DNA of 53,228 nt, counting the filler, from Sluysia triapertura (Eukaryota), in the NCBI GenBank assembly GCA_046118255.1. It is 4 parts of 4 records of this genome, joined end to end, with 100 filler letters (N's around TTAATTAATTAA, not from the genome) between each part and the next. Parts side by side here need not be neighbours in the genome. Positions count along the whole stretch, not along the records: positions 29,782 to 42,186 come from JBJNIA010112755.1; positions 42,287 to 53,228 come from JBJNIA010191163.1; 2 more parts are not named here. One strand, written 5' to 3'. Under the pieces are notes generated by a model that saw only the letters and a list, made by a program, of their open reading frames with translations, had not been told where the DNA came from and searched no databases. A program made the translations under genes and the position numbers. Positions 39,095-52,900 of the stretch are shown one piece after another (position 1 is the stretch's first letter; every line of letters begins with the position of its first letter).

Positions 39095-41869
39095 CATTTG
39101 TTTGCCAAATAGATAAACCGAGTCTTTATTTTGTTTTATATTCCTCATTTAAAAAGTTCATTCTTAGCCTTAAGCCTATGTTTTATTTTGAATCCGAAAC
39201 ATTTAGTACGGACCTTAAGTCCAAGTTTTGTAAATTAATTTGATCAAGACATTTTTTAAATTATTCATATTTTATAGTAAAAAGCACTTCCTAATTACTG
39301 ATTTTTTAACACAAATTTTTCAATATGATGCCGCTCGACCACTTCATTAGGAAACGTCAGTAAAACCATTGAAGACGGTTATAAATTTCTATGGAAAACA
39401 TTATTAGGTAAACAAGCAAATATGACTAGCTAAATAATCGTAGAATTACTTAAGTCAATAATAAACCGCAAGAATGTATACAAAATTTTGTTTATAACAT
39501 ATAAAAATTGTGTCTTGAGTTTTGGGGATCTAAATAACCTACGTAAGAAACTATCTAACAATATTCCTTGTAGCCTTCTAGATCATAAAAAAATTAAAAC
39601 ATTCGATGAACATTTCATCGAAATTATGTCCTTTACTTGCACTATGAGTCAGACCTAACAATACAACTTCATTAGTTATTTCATCAGTCTTTAAAAAAAG
39701 TTGGTGTCGAATATTTGACCATAGGACAGTCATTCTTTATAATAAAAATTGAATAACAAAAGCTCTCAAAGTTATCCTGGATGAAAAAGTCCGAGGAATT
39801 GAAGGAAACTAAATTATTATTATTAAGATTAACAACACCATTTAACCACAGATGCGATGATTACTTCATGCTAATGAGAAACAATCATCTTATCATGGAA
39901 AGAACCTAGCCAGTATTTGATCATATCGTCCATATCCTTTGACTCGGACAACTTCTGTTCGTCTAACCCTTGAATTTCTCTCAGAAAATTCCTAATGCCA
40001 ACTCTAAGTCTGATTTTAACCTCCAAATGAAAGTGTCTAAGGTACATCTTAGAAGCTATTTGCATATATGTGGTTTATCACGGAAATCTATCGTATGTTT
40101 GAAGTTTATATCAAATTCTACACAATAATATCCACTCAACTTCCAATGATGACAAAAAATGATAAAGCCACAATAAGCAAACAATAAGCTTAATAAAACT
40201 CCTTTTATTAACCTTTGGTCAAAACATTAAACACAACTTTCGCTGTCATCTTGTCGTCATTATAACGCAGTTGTATGTCTGCAATTATATAATTGTACAA
40301 TTTTACATCTAATTCTGGATTTAACACGATTAATGGAAAGTTATTTGAAGATTGTCAAAAATCATATTGAACAGAATATTATTATTTTTACTATTATTTA
40401 ATTATTATTATTGCAAGCACTATTTCACCATTTAATAATTCTTGTCACAATTACTATGCTTATAATTTTAATGAATAATAACTACTCATAAATTGATGCT
40501 TACAGTTTAAATAATAAAATTCAATCTTGAAATAATGGAATAAATTGGTTCTGTTCATATCCAACGAATAAGCGCTTTCTTGGCAATTGATTCCTAAAGC
40601 TTAAGTTTACATTTTAAATATATACAAAATAGAATAATCTTCGAAAGATTTAATAAGTATTTGTTTTATTACCAGAGTTAATATTTAAATTTTGATTGGT
40701 TGAACATAACAAAAACAAATTTTATCATAATTTTTGTAATTAAAAATATTATGACCTTTTATGAATAGTAAATATTATTATTATTATCATTATTTTCCTC
40801 TCATTATACTATTATTACTGTTACCATCATTATCATTATGTTATTTTATGATATATTTTTATACCATACCATAATTGTGTTTATTATTAGTAACACAAGA
40901 TACAGTACGTTAAAGAATTTTTTAAAAATTATATTTTAAATTATTTTAGTGAAAGATAAAAAATATTTGGCGCTAATGCACGTATGAATATAATTGAACA
41001 AATTTTCGGAGCGATACCTTTAACGGATTATTTAGTATCGAACAGCGAGTCAGGTTTGAAAGTTGGATTCAGTGCTAGTCAGCGCCGCCTGGGGGTCGAG
41101 CAATTGTTTAAATCTGGTAAATTTGTTCGAATAAATAAAGTTGGTAAAGAACAATTTACAATTGAATATATACATAAAGAACAACTTACTGTTCTAATTA
41201 TTTTTGAATTTTACGACGTCGATTTCACTGTTTGCTTTAAAGTCTGCAGAGATATTTATGCTGTTTTAAAATATCTCTTATGTTATAAAATTTATTACAG
41301 TATAAAACATGTTTCTAAGTTCGAATATTTTGATCACGTTTTATGTCTAAAAATTTATTATGAAATTTATATTATCGTAAAGTATGGTATGAGTTCGTGC
41401 AGCGCGATCCAATCTAGGCTAGAGCTGTCATCCTTAATGAATGTAAGTGTTATATATTTAGACTCGTTTGTTGTACAACTGTGTCAAGAATGATAATGAA
41501 ATTAATGTCATTTGTGTTTAATAAACAATTCTCGTATTATTTTCATTTTAAAATTTCTCTTGTAACAAAATGTTCGAGTGCCTTACGCAGCAATTTTATA
41601 ATTACTTTTCTTTAGATTTTAATGAGAATTTTTATAACAAATTAAATAATAAAACTAACAGTAATGGATTCAATAACGATAAGTTAAACATTATTAAAAA
41701 TAAAAATTCTAATTCTAATATAAATAACGTTAATGCAACAATACTTTATTTCAAGTTTTGCATTAAAATTAACTTACAGAGACACCATCTTTAGACATTA
41801 GACGTTTACTGTAGCGGATCCTACTCAATTTTATTTTGCCTTAGGTTAAGAGTTAAGAAAAACCACACC

Positions 41870-42186
41870 ATTATGATGCTACTTATTACATCCAAACATA
41901 ATGATTCAATATTTGTCAAACGAAATGATCTCATAATAATCGAGGTTAATCTAAAGAAATTAAAGAAAATACATAATGGTTTCCATTTGCATCAGAAAAA
42001 ATTGAAACCAAATGTTGATGAATTATGGAATTATCAAAGTTTACTATGTCTAACTATCATAAACCTCTTGGAAAAACGTAGAACTACTCAATATAATTGA
42101 AATAATTATCTAGCTGAAGAAGAATTTTGGTCTGTGACTATATTATAAATCATCATTACTTAAATTGATGTTAGAATGGCAATGGT
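41870..42186 (+). mobile_element. Possible decayed LTR-retrotransposon RT-RNase H linker remnant
   Basis: Frameshifted WFPFASEKIETK...NYHKP...NYSI*L resembles Gypsy tether/RNase H motifs. Confidence 0.3.
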
Positions 42187-42286
42187 NNNNNNNNNNNNNN
42201 NNNNNNNNNNNNNNNNNNNNNNNNNNNNNNTTAATTAATTAANNNNNNNNNNNNNNNNNNNNNNNNNNNNNNNNNNNNNNNNNNNN
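42187..42286. other. Artificial contig spacer
   Basis: 44 N + TTAATTAATTAA + 44 N. Confidence 0.97.
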
Positions 42287-42425
42287 GAACTGATCTCTCT
42301 TTCAAACTTAAATCTAATTAGGGCGTCTTCCTTCAGGATACAAACCGTGCCTAATTAGTCGAAAGAGACTTCCAGGTACATTTTGCATTAAGAGGAAAAA
42401 CCCTTGCATCTATTAGTTATTTAAT

Positions 42426-42614
42426 CTAAAGTGTGGGTAGCTGACAAATAGACGTAAATATTATAATTAGCCTTTTTCCTTTTAGGTAAATTGCATTACA
42501 AAAATTTGTTTTATGTCTAATTATGATAGGAACTCTTTTAGTAGTTTGTGTGCACTGTAGCTGATTGGGTGACCAACAAACACAATACATTTTCCTTTGT
42601 CCATCAACAATCAT
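42426..42614 (-). mobile_element. Possible Gypsy RNase H remnant
   Basis: CVCWSPNQLQ...VPIIIRHK resembles AIVW.......FTIxTDHK. Confidence 0.3.
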
Positions 42615-42649
42615 GATGAAAAAGCATGCAAAACAATATTTTAAATAGT

Positions 42650-43590
42650 GATTTTTGGTTGGACAACTAATGAATCGTTAGAAGAACTATTGAAATTGTA
42701 GAATTAATACTGACATGTAGAATTAATACTGTCATCACTGATAGTGGTAGAAACTAATAATGACCGTTATACTGGTCTTAATAATGAAAATTATTAATAA
42801 TGATAATAACATGATAAAAATAATAATTATAATAAAATAAAATAATAATAATAATAACAAAAAAACAAAATGAAAACATAAATCTCTTTAATATCTTCTA
42901 CACACGATCTTGTAATAATAAGTAAATAAAATATTTCTTAACATACTATAATTTCTCTAATAAAAGTTATTTCTAGTTCTTTTCTTTGTTGATTATGTGG
43001 GTACTTGATTTCATTCTTTATGTTTTTTGAAATATAAGTTGTGATTCTTATGCCTTTGGGAAAGACCATATTTGGTGATTACAAAGGTGTGAATTATAGA
43101 AAAGCTGTTAAGATAATATTTGAAAGAAATGATCGATACTAAAGTGTTTAGAGAATGTTATTTTGATTACAACGTCTAAAATGGTTTCAAAGTGTTAGTT
43201 TAATGTTTTAGGATAATGGCTAAATGTTTTAAATAAAATTTAATGTTTTGGATATTGAAGTGATTTTGGTATATAAGTTTGTAACTCAACATGTATTAAA
43301 ATGAGAATAATCTAGTGGATCTGAAGAAATAAAATATGAAAAAGGTTTTGATAGATAAATGGGTTAAATGTTATAGAATGTGCAATATGTTGAATTAATT
43401 TTAAAATATTTTACTTTAATTTTTGAGTGAACATTTGATAATTTTCAATGTTGAATATCATTTTGATGTTATGGCATTTGTGTTTAAAGTGTTTGCAAAT
43501 ATTAAGAATTATGAAATGTTGCGAAGAGTGATTTTGTTATCTATTATTGAAATAAAACTCTAAGATATTGGGTTGGTCAACACACATTTA
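42650..43590. repeat. Unclassified dispersed repeat, homologous to 23900-24810
   Basis: CTGTCATCA-containing imperfect hairpin, AAT tract, ACACGATCTT, then long blocks shared with 24500-24800. Confidence 0.8.
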
Positions 43591-43918
43591 ACTTATACAA
43601 TCACAGAGACGAAGTGAGTAGACTGAGTAGATCGTTCGATTCGATTTAGAAATTACTTATAAACCAATATCCATATCCATCCAATAGATGTGGATATTAC
43701 TGTTTTTAATCAAATTTCGGTTCAATTCCTACCGCTGTTATATCAGAAAATATTTGTGGAAGAAAGCAGATTTTCAAAATTATCAGTTATTTAATGAATC
43801 TGTATTCGACGTAGATGATCTTTTAGGTATTGGTATTACAATAAATAAACCAGACAAACAAAATAGTGGAGCCGACTCTATGTAAATTTTATAGAGAAAT
43901 GTAAATTTTATAAGAATC

Positions 43919-44137
43919 GTGACGATTTTGGGTAAGGTACAAGATCTTAAGGAAATTATAAAATATCAACGAGAAGATAAAGAAACCTCGTACTTATCAG
44001 ATGCAATGGCTAAAGGCACACTTAATAAGAATCAAGTTCAACGATTAGCAATAACGGAAGATGTGTTACGATTCAAAGACGCTAAAGACGAATGGAAAAC
44101 CGTCATTAATTACACCAATCCTAACCCAATCTCATGA
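43919..44137 (+). mobile_element. Possible LTR-retrotransposon pol remnant (pre-integrase region)
   Basis: EIIKYQREDKETSYL resembles the QxxD segment preceding the Gypsy integrase zinc finger. Confidence 0.3.
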
Positions 44138-44388
44138 CAATCAATTGGGAGGACACCTTTCAACCAGAAAAACAATGTCCATGAGTAAAGGTAAATACTG
44201 CTAGAGTTTTTCTCATGTTTAGCAAATTGTAACTAATAATTAAGGTTCGCCTACGATTTATGATTTAAACCAAAGATGAAGTATCCGTAGGTACAGCAAT
44301 TAAAAGTTCTTTTTATAATTCTCTCTAAAATATTATTGCTAAAACTTCTTAATTACCACTTTTCGAATCTTAACTTGATATTATAATA

Positions 44389-44760
44389 CAGGGGTGCGCA
44401 TATATTATTTCTAAAAGAATTTTGCAATTACATAAAAATAAAGTATTTTATTCAGAAACAATAGTAACATAAAAATTGCTGCCAGTGGCCGCCTTGATTT
44501 TGAGCGTCTGAAGCTAATTTTTTAAAATCAAGTTCCTGTTCAGATACCATTAGTCTCACACTTGCCTCAAGATTTTTGTTTGTCAATCGCGTTCTGAATT
44601 TATTTTTCAAATAATTTATATTAGAAAAAGCTGCTTCGCATACATAAGTGCTTCCAAAAACACCCGAATATTGCGAGCCAACTCTCTTAGTTGTGGATAT
44701 TCAACTGCGGATTTCCATATTTCAAGTAAATCATAATTGCAAAAATTATTATTTTTTATA
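44389..44760 (-). mobile_element. 3' end of a Buster/SPIN-type hAT transposon
   Basis: TIR-like CAGGGGTGCGCA at 44389. Minus strand reads WKSAVEYPQLRELA and, after a frameshift, FGSTYVCEAAFSNINYLKNKFRTRLTNKNLEASVRL...QNQGGH, the hAT C-terminal dimerisation domain. Confidence 0.88.
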
Positions 44761-45403
44761 TTAGGCCATCCGGCAAGCAGATTGCGCAAATGTTTTATTT
44801 AAGATTTAGATACTCATCCAGAACAGCAAATTAAGTTGTTTAACAATCCACCGATAAAAATGTACAAATTAAAACCTTAAGCAAATAGAATGACATTATC
44901 AAAAATATTCAAGTAATAAATGTTTATGGTTGATGATACAGTTACTATGATAATGACAAATGTATTGTATTTAACTTAATTGTTATTTTGTGTGAAAAAC
45001 TTAGTCAAATTTGTTTTTATTGTTAATAATCGTATTATTTATTTTAATTGCAATAGGAATTTGGAAATCTGACATTTATTATTGTGTGTCAATAACAAAA
45101 TTTACATTCCTTCTCATTAATAACATTTTTTGTTATATGATAATTTGAGTAACTTTCCAACTTTTATGATAAAGATTTATTTGTTCAGAATCGTTATTAT
45201 CGAATTTGTTATTACACAAATTATAATACAGTGAAATTGCTATCTTCAACGATTAATTTTATGGTTTCCATTTTATTGTCTTTGGTTATCAGAAAAACGT
45301 TTTTGCTGTTTAATACATTATAAAAACAATATTTCAAAAAACAATATATTTATTTTTCACACATCAGGTCCATACATAGCTCCATATTTTATTCCAGTAG
45401 TCG

Positions 45404-46280
45404 TTAAGTATGCAGTATTATTAATTTTGGTTCATGAACGTAAGAGTTCAAGAGTTTGCTTCCATGTTTCTCAAGAAGCTGAAATCGGTAATGAAGAAGT
45501 TTGGCGACCAATACGTAGATCTGAGGGATTGTCACACAATGATTTACAAAGGTAAGTTTTGAATGTATAACTTTACGTTTATTTCTACTTTGTTTGTTCA
45601 CCTTCATTCACTTGTCTTTTAATAAAAATTTTCTGTTCAAATTGGTTGATTTGTTAATGTTAAATTTTGTTATATTAATTAAAAGCACTAAGCCTGTATT
45701 TATGTTAGAAAAATGTTTAATTTCTTTAAAGAAATTTTCAAAATTAAATTTAAACTGGTTGATAAATTTTTCTCTAAATTTATTACCATCAAGTCAAAAA
45801 ATTTTGTTGTTACAAATTGTGAGTTCATTAAGTTAAATTACAAATTATATTTAGAACATGTCAAATTATATTGAGAAAGTCTGAATTTTATAATTACAAT
45901 TTATTTGTCCCTTATAATTATCATTGTTTTTATCATTGAATCTGACTCTCCTATTAGGACTTTGGATTCTTTGTTGTTGTGGGCCCTTTACCTTAGTAAA
46001 ATTTTGAGTGAACATATTTTGTTTTAATTTTCTACAGTCTCTTGTATAATGTCCATACTTACCGCAATTATCACAATTTATTTCCCCATCTATGTTAGTT
46101 TGGGTTTTTTTATTATTTTCATATCTCATTAGGCTCTTGTTTCTGTTTCTCTAATTGTGTGGATTATTAAAATTAAAATTAGGTGGCCATCTTGGTGCTG
46201 GTTTTTGTTCATAGGTAGATGCACCATGGTTGCTCATTTTATTTTTCTGGAACACTTTACTTTTATTATTATTATTATTA

Positions 46281-46317
<37 letters not shown>

Positions 46318-46780
46318 CATCCGTGCTATAATTATTTGAATTGCCTCTACGTGGTTATTATATATTGTAATTACCATTTCGATCATTATATCTATCATAA
46401 TTTGAGGAATTATATTTATTAATGGTCATCATAATTATTTATATTTCTTCTTAATTTGGAACTTTTATTTCCTTTATTTTTATCTTCGCTATCACTTACA
46501 CAGTTAATGTTATCCTTATCATCAACATAAGATCGCTCTATACTTCTTAATTATTTCTTTAAAAGGTCCTTAATTCTGGTCATAAGCCAGTTTTTAATTT
46601 GTGTATTAATGTCGATTCTTTTTTATCTTCAGGGACTTTTCTCTGGTTATAAGAGTTTTAAGAGCGCAAGCGAATTCATATGCAGATTCGTTTGGCTTTT
46701 GCTCTCTTGCATTTAGCATGTTCCTCGGTGAAGGGGTTAACAAGTGCATTCCAAAATTGTTTATCATTATTGCTTATTTC
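45404..46780 (-). mobile_element. Decayed Ty3/Gypsy-like gag(-pol) with CCHC zinc knuckle
   Basis: CDNCGKYGHYTRDC (CX2CX4HX4C) in ORF 45866-46129; flanking minus-strand coding-like sequence has stops. Confidence 0.7.
46263..46318. repeat. (TAT)n microsatellite
   Basis: Near-perfect run; it explains the poly-I and poly-Y ORFs. Confidence 0.93.
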
Positions 46781-46955
46781 CTTATGTCTGGATCGTCACT
46801 ACAGTTAAATAATTTTGAATTCTTTTTATTATGTTTTATGTAAAACTGTTTTATGACAAGGGTCATAACATTACCAAAGATATAAAAATAATTTCAAGAC
46901 GATAGTCATGTCCCTTGCTCATTGGTCATCATCTTAATATGCACTATGATTATTA

Positions 46956-47522
46956 ATGTCACCAATCTTATTATCTACAACTTTTAAAAAAGAACCATCA
47001 AATGAAACTATAAAATGCAATCATCCACGCCGTCATAATTATAGTGGAAAAATGTTTGAAGCAATGATAACAGCAATGGAAAATGGTCAATATTATGATA
47101 CTCTGAATCCAAGATTAGTTATATTAATTTCTGTTATTAAATATCTATATTTTAGCGATGATATATTATGTCATATAGACATTTGCAAAAAATTTAGACC
47201 TCATTTTATGAAATTAGTTATGAAGTTTGAAATAAAAAGTGGAGCTAGTTATTTGCAAGATTTTTGTCTATCGAAGAGATATTTAACTTCATCTACTACA
47301 ATAATAAAGATTAAAACTCATTGTAATCTAAAGACGAAGGTATCTCACATTAAAGAAGTTGTTAAAATTAACAAAAGTTTTAATAAGAACGATATTATTT
47401 TACTTTTAAATACAATTTTATCATCATTTTGTCAGAAATCTTTAACCCATGAAGTTAATGAATACGTTCATTATTATCACGGTACTACTCGGTATATCGA
47501 CCAACACGACAAAAATTCATGA
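46956..47522 (+). CDS. Hypothetical 188-aa ORF of unknown function
   Basis: ATG-initiated ORF that is long for DNA this AT-rich; no recognisable domain. Confidence 0.35.
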   Translation: MSPILLSTTFKKEPSNETIKCNHPRRHNYSGKMFEAMITAMENGQYYDTLNPRLVILISVIKYLYFSDDILCHIDICKKFRPHFMKLVMKFEIKSGASYLQDFCLSKRYLTSSTTIIKIKTHCNLKTKVSHIKEVVKINKSFNKNDIILLLNTILSSFCQKSLTHEVNEYVHYYHGTTRYIDQHDKNS

Positions 47523-47999
47523 ATCATGTCTTAACTTCTTATTTCAAGTACGGTATTTTAATTTTTATTGTGATTTCCCTTTAGTTTGTTTTATTTCTTG
47601 CATAAAACTATGTAAAGTCAGGACTACAATATGTTCAGGAAGACTACAATATTTTATGTTAAATGTTCATTATTAATATATTCTACTAGCCAACGCGACT
47701 ATGTAAAAATGTAGATATTTAATTCTACATTAAACATTTAACTAATTTTCATGAGTTATAATTACTATTAAATAACACATTTTATATTAACTTATATTTT
47801 TTTAGTTAGTTCTCATTTAATTCTACTGATTGTATTCTTCATGACTATTGATATTATGAAATTCTCTGTCTGTTCGATTGGCTTAAGGACTAATAAAAAT
47901 ATTGAGCAGTAACGTGCCACAGTCGACATCAGTTTCACCTCCAATGTTTCTATTTTCTTTTTAACTCTGCACAATCACCTTTTCCATCTTTCCAATATG

Positions 48000-49340
48000 C
48001 AGAACTCAAATAATTAGGTGTGAAATCTTCTATCGACAAAAACTTCGCCGTTTTTATAATTTTGATGTTACTTATGTACCTCTTTCCTCGATCTCATCGA
48101 GGAACCTTTAAACGTGTTAGAACCAAATGCACCAGTCAACATAATTCAAGCAGAAAAACTAGACATAAAAACTACTGTATACGCCTTGCACCAACCAGAG
48201 CCTAACTTTACGCCATGCCTTACTAAATCACAAAAACGCAATAGGCGGCAACGCCAATTTAAGCGCTTTTATAAAGCCAACGATGTAAGGAAGACACATG
48301 CCTAAAACACCGAATCCTTTTCTTAAGAACAGCGGACAATAGGATTCAGACTTAAATCAAAACTTCGCCTTATGCCGGATAAATTGTAGATCACGCTTCA
48401 TGCTTTAGAAAACGTGCCCGCTTCCTTTGATTCTCTATACGCAGCGATTGTACGTGGCAATGTAAAAATTTCACTGATTGTAGAATGTTTCTCATTTTTT
48501 ATTCGAGTTTACTCCTTGTCCACTATGTAATTGACGAAATTGTAAAATAATTGTTGAGGCGCAGGAGTTTTCTTCTTCCGATTCCTGCCAAATCTATATG
48601 AACACGATAAATTAAATCTCGCACGATGGTCCGAAGGAGTGTCCTATACTCGAACCTTCATTATTACTTCACGACGAAGAGAAGCTCATCTTCGTCGTCC
48701 TATATCACGCCTTATTCTAGACAGTTCCAGACGGAAGTTCGCATACTTCCTAGGATAAAGATCCGTAATTTCTGGAGATGTGCACGGATTATAAGAAGAC
48801 TTATTGAATTCAAAGAACATAGATAAAATTCGCCAATACTTACTTGGCTTCCTCCATGATAGGATTCTTGTTTCATTGAATCTTCGTCTTATCATTGATA
48901 CGTTATACATTCCTTTTATTTGGCTCAAAAAATAATAAATCTTAATAACCACAATTTACTATCATTGCCTGCCATAGACATTCTAGCTCGATCGCGACAG
49001 ACTGTAAAACTTCTCTACTTCGCTCTGCCACGTGTTGACTATATTCGATTAGCATCTGAGTTAGTTATCTTCTTAAAAAATAAAGATCCTACTTTTGTCT
49101 TTAAAGTCTTTTACCTCCCCCTAATTTGTTTAGTCCAACAGTTATGATGTTACCACAGTCATCCAGCGGTGATTACTAGAACAGAAAACTTGATCATCAC
49201 TCTATATCCGGTAAAGCTGCTCAAACGACACTCCGGTCGTCTGATGTAACATTACGGGTCGATTTGCCAGTGGACGCATACTCATGCAGTTTTCAAGAAC
49301 TATCACCTGATTCTATCAATTCGAATGATTTATTGTGTTA
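48000..49340. mobile_element. Unclassified GC-richer decayed coding-like segment (probable TE remnant)
   Basis: Composition shift and several broken plus-strand ORFs; no diagnostic motif identified. Confidence 0.25.
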
Positions 49341-49875
49341 ACTATTCATACATTAATTTTAACGGTGTTTTATCAACAGCTTTCATTTATTATACATTGT
49401 GATCATTTATATTTATATTTTTATATTTTTATAAATTATGGAATTTTGTGCATGTTATTAGTATTTTTATGGCTTAATGTTTTACGTTTTAATTTTTATG
49501 ATTTTTAGGAACAAATCTTCCTGTGAAGGTATGTATTTCTGCAAATGTGGAATTAGATAATAAAAATACAAATAATAACAGCCTTTCAAATTACTAAATA
49601 AAAACGTAAACAAGAAAATTGCAAATAAACAAAAAAAGCACTTACTATATTTGTTCAGCATATTCTATAACCTGAAAATTAATTAAATAAAAAAAACGAT
49701 ATTAACCCATTTTAAAGAATAAAAATAAATTAAGAATTAAGCATTTGATAAAATTGAAATGGTATTTAAAGAGAGCTAAGAAATATAGCATTCACAATAG
49801 TTTGATCATTGCGGTTTTTACATAAAACGTTGATTTTTTGTGATTTAATACTTGGTATATTTGGCGAATATATAT

Positions 49876-49944
49876 ATTCGTGGTACATTGGTGATTTAAT
49901 TCGTGGTATATTGATAAATTAATTCGTGGCTTATTGGTAATTTA
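49876..49944. repeat. 23-bp minisatellite, three diverged copies plus degenerate flanks
   Basis: ATTCGTGGTACATTGGTGATTTA / ATTCGTGGTATATTGATAAATTA / ATTCGTGGCTTATTGGTAATTTA. Confidence 0.8.
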
Positions 49945-52900
49945 ATAATTCGGTGACTGATTAATTGGTATATTCAGTGCAATAATTGAAAAAGTATTGT
50001 TCGAATAATTGATTGACACGTGACGGATTTGAATTTGCGATTAAGTTTTCTCGATTGAAAAGGAATATTGTAAGTTATTTAGTGTTAGATTTTATCTTGT
50101 TAAAAAAATTAATTTCTTAAATTATTTAAAATCTAATTTCGTTAGTTGAATTTAGCACTTGTGCAACTATTACTTTCATTTCATTATTTTCATAATATAC
50201 CTTGGTGACTTTAAGACTATTATTTTGTTTGAAAAAGAGTTTAAGGATTTATTTAAAGGAAAAAATATTAATTTAGAAATAAAGATAAAACGGTTGAATT
50301 TCGAAGTTTAAATAATTTGGAGTGAATTAAAGTTAAATTAATAAAATTGACAAGTAGAGTTATTGTTATAAATAATATATCTAACAAAAGATTATTTTTA
50401 AAGTACTATAACAATCCCTTAAACAAACGAATATTGTGCTCAAGATATTATAAAATATTATAAATTTAAGGCATTACAATACAAAAGACAAAACTTAAAA
50501 TATTTCTAAAATCGAGCCAGGAAGTTCAAAGATAATATTTTTCGTGAGTCATTGGTTTGATATTTAAGTTATTTTAAGAATTAAAAGAGTTAATAATTTG
50601 AATAAAAAAGGATTCAGAATTAAATTTTGTAGACATTATAGACCATCATTTAGGTTAGAAATAAAGCACTTAAGTATAATTAATAATTTTAGTTGCACAG
50701 AGTAATTGTTAAAGTCAAGACTTGTTAAGCTGTTAGACCCTATTAAAATATATAACTAAATCATAAAGGAACATCACTTCAGCATAAATTCGTTAACTTT
50801 AGGTGAACCTAGTCATAAAAATTTAATTTGTTAGTAATGAAGAAAAACACTAGTAATTTCAAATATCAGGCATACAAGTGTTCATTTTAAAAAATGTTAA
50901 TTGTTATAAATAACAGGTAAAAGTGAACACAGTGCAACTACAATTATACATATGAATAAAATATATATTTCCAATAAATGGTTGTCTTTGGTATATAAAT
51001 AATGTATTATCTTTGATGTTAGGTTATAAATTGCATTGGTTGGAGTAAAAAATATTTTGGAACCGTTAATAAGTTTGCAAATTGTATTGTAAATTTTTTT
51101 AATAGGACACTGTATAAAATTCATATAAATTGTATTGCTTAATGTATCTAAGCATCACATAATAGTTTTTTGAGTATGAGATAATTGTTGTACATAAAAA
51201 CATTAAACCATTCTGGAGTGACAATGGATTACTGATTAATTGGCATCCGAGAACATTTTAATTTATACAGGTTTTGCACACTTTAAGAGCTTAAAATTCT
51301 AGATAAAATATTGTTTGATTATTTTTATAAATGACGATTCAATGATCTCTAGTTTTTCGATTTAAGCTTAAACATTTTTTACCTAAACACTAATCTTTTT
51401 TAATAACACTAATTTGTTATTAAATTATTAATTAAATTTTTTTGTTACATAAAATAATTTTTTTATATAATATTCAAAATATTTATTTAGCCATTTTATT
51501 TAAACGGATATTGATGCAAAGTGAAATCGTCAATAGATTTTATAAATTATAACTATTAGGATTTCATAATCGATAAATTTGAAATTTATTAAGATATATG
51601 CTATCAATTGCAATGCTATATGGATAAGGTTAAAATACTTTAGTAAAACATGTAATATAGTCTAATATTAAAATATTCAAAATTGTATGTAATGTTGGCT
51701 ATAAAGGTCTGAATATATCGAATGCACGAAAAATGTTTAAATGTAATAAAAATTGTAAAAAAGCAACATAATACTCAATGTAACATAATGTTCTAAAAAT
51801 ATAATGTTTATTTATAATTAACTGCTTGAAAAATAAGAACAATGTTATAATTTGTGAATACTCAATAAAGTTTAATACAACAGCGTAATATTCAATAAAA
51901 GGTAATACACTTTGTATGTGAATACTCAATAAAAAGTAATATAGTCAAATTATTAATTAACTTACAAACTAATTAATAATCTCAAAATTTTAAAAAGATG
52001 GAGGAATTATTAACTTATAAACTGGTTAATAAATTTTGTAAATTTTAATCAGAAGAAATCTAAATTAGGAAAGGTAAATTATAATGAATGAAAATGTATT
52101 GCATGTTTCAACTGTTGTGAGTAACATTATGTACAAACGACTGATATAACTACATGTTAACAAACTATAATATTGAATGAATGTTTGATATACACAAATC
52201 GTATGTAATGAAATTAAATTTTTTTGAATTCTAAGTAATAAACTTTTATTTGTGCGATAGATAATACTCTAGCCGAAAATAAATAGATTACATATTATAT
52301 GTTTTCTGATATTTTGTATTCATGTTAAATAATGAAAATTTTGATTGTATGGTAGATAATATTTCAGCCGAAAATAAATAAATCGTAATAAAATTACTAT
52401 GGGTTGAGAGTGAATCGCACTATTTCGGATTTGATATAAATACAAAAAATTACAAAAACAAAAACCGCACAATAAGAGAAAAGTACAAACTTACAAGGCG
52501 TATACAAAGCGTATTATTTGATTGAAGGTTGATATTGAAGAATTTACAGCATTGTTCAATTAGGATTTCTATCAGACCAAATAACAATTTCATTTTACTG
52601 TCGCAAGTGATTTATTTTCGGCTTAAAATAATAATTTATTAATTGACCAAGTTAACACTTAAATACGTTTGTAATAGTTTTATGTGATTACCTATTTGTA
52701 TTTACATCATTTTAATAAAGCTGTAATAAAACTATAATAATAATTTGTTATAAGTAAATTCAAAGGAATTTGGGGGGAAACGTCTAAGAAATTGAGTTTA
52801 TAGCTTGAAGAGCGGAGACAAGTATCGAACTCCTTTCTGAAATAAACAACAATATAATGAAAAGTGCAGATAAAGTATAAACTATTAAAGTATAACCATC

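Noticed and set aside
40504-40593. AG/GT-bounded open minus-strand segment (INCQESAYSLDMNRT...) as an upstream kinase exon
   Set aside because: No kinase motif, and its phase is incompatible with the phase-0 terminal exon at 36630.
46157-46422. Poly-I and poly-Y ORFs (also the poly-N ORF at 13234-13422)
   Set aside because: They are translations of trinucleotide microsatellites.
49225-49265. Hammerhead-like hairpin followed by CTGATG
   Set aside because: The core is CTGATGT rather than CUGANGA, and no stem II/GAAA follows.
49876-49944. CRISPR-like regularly spaced repeats
   Set aside because: The units are contiguous 23-mers without unique spacers, there are no cas genes, and the context is eukaryotic.
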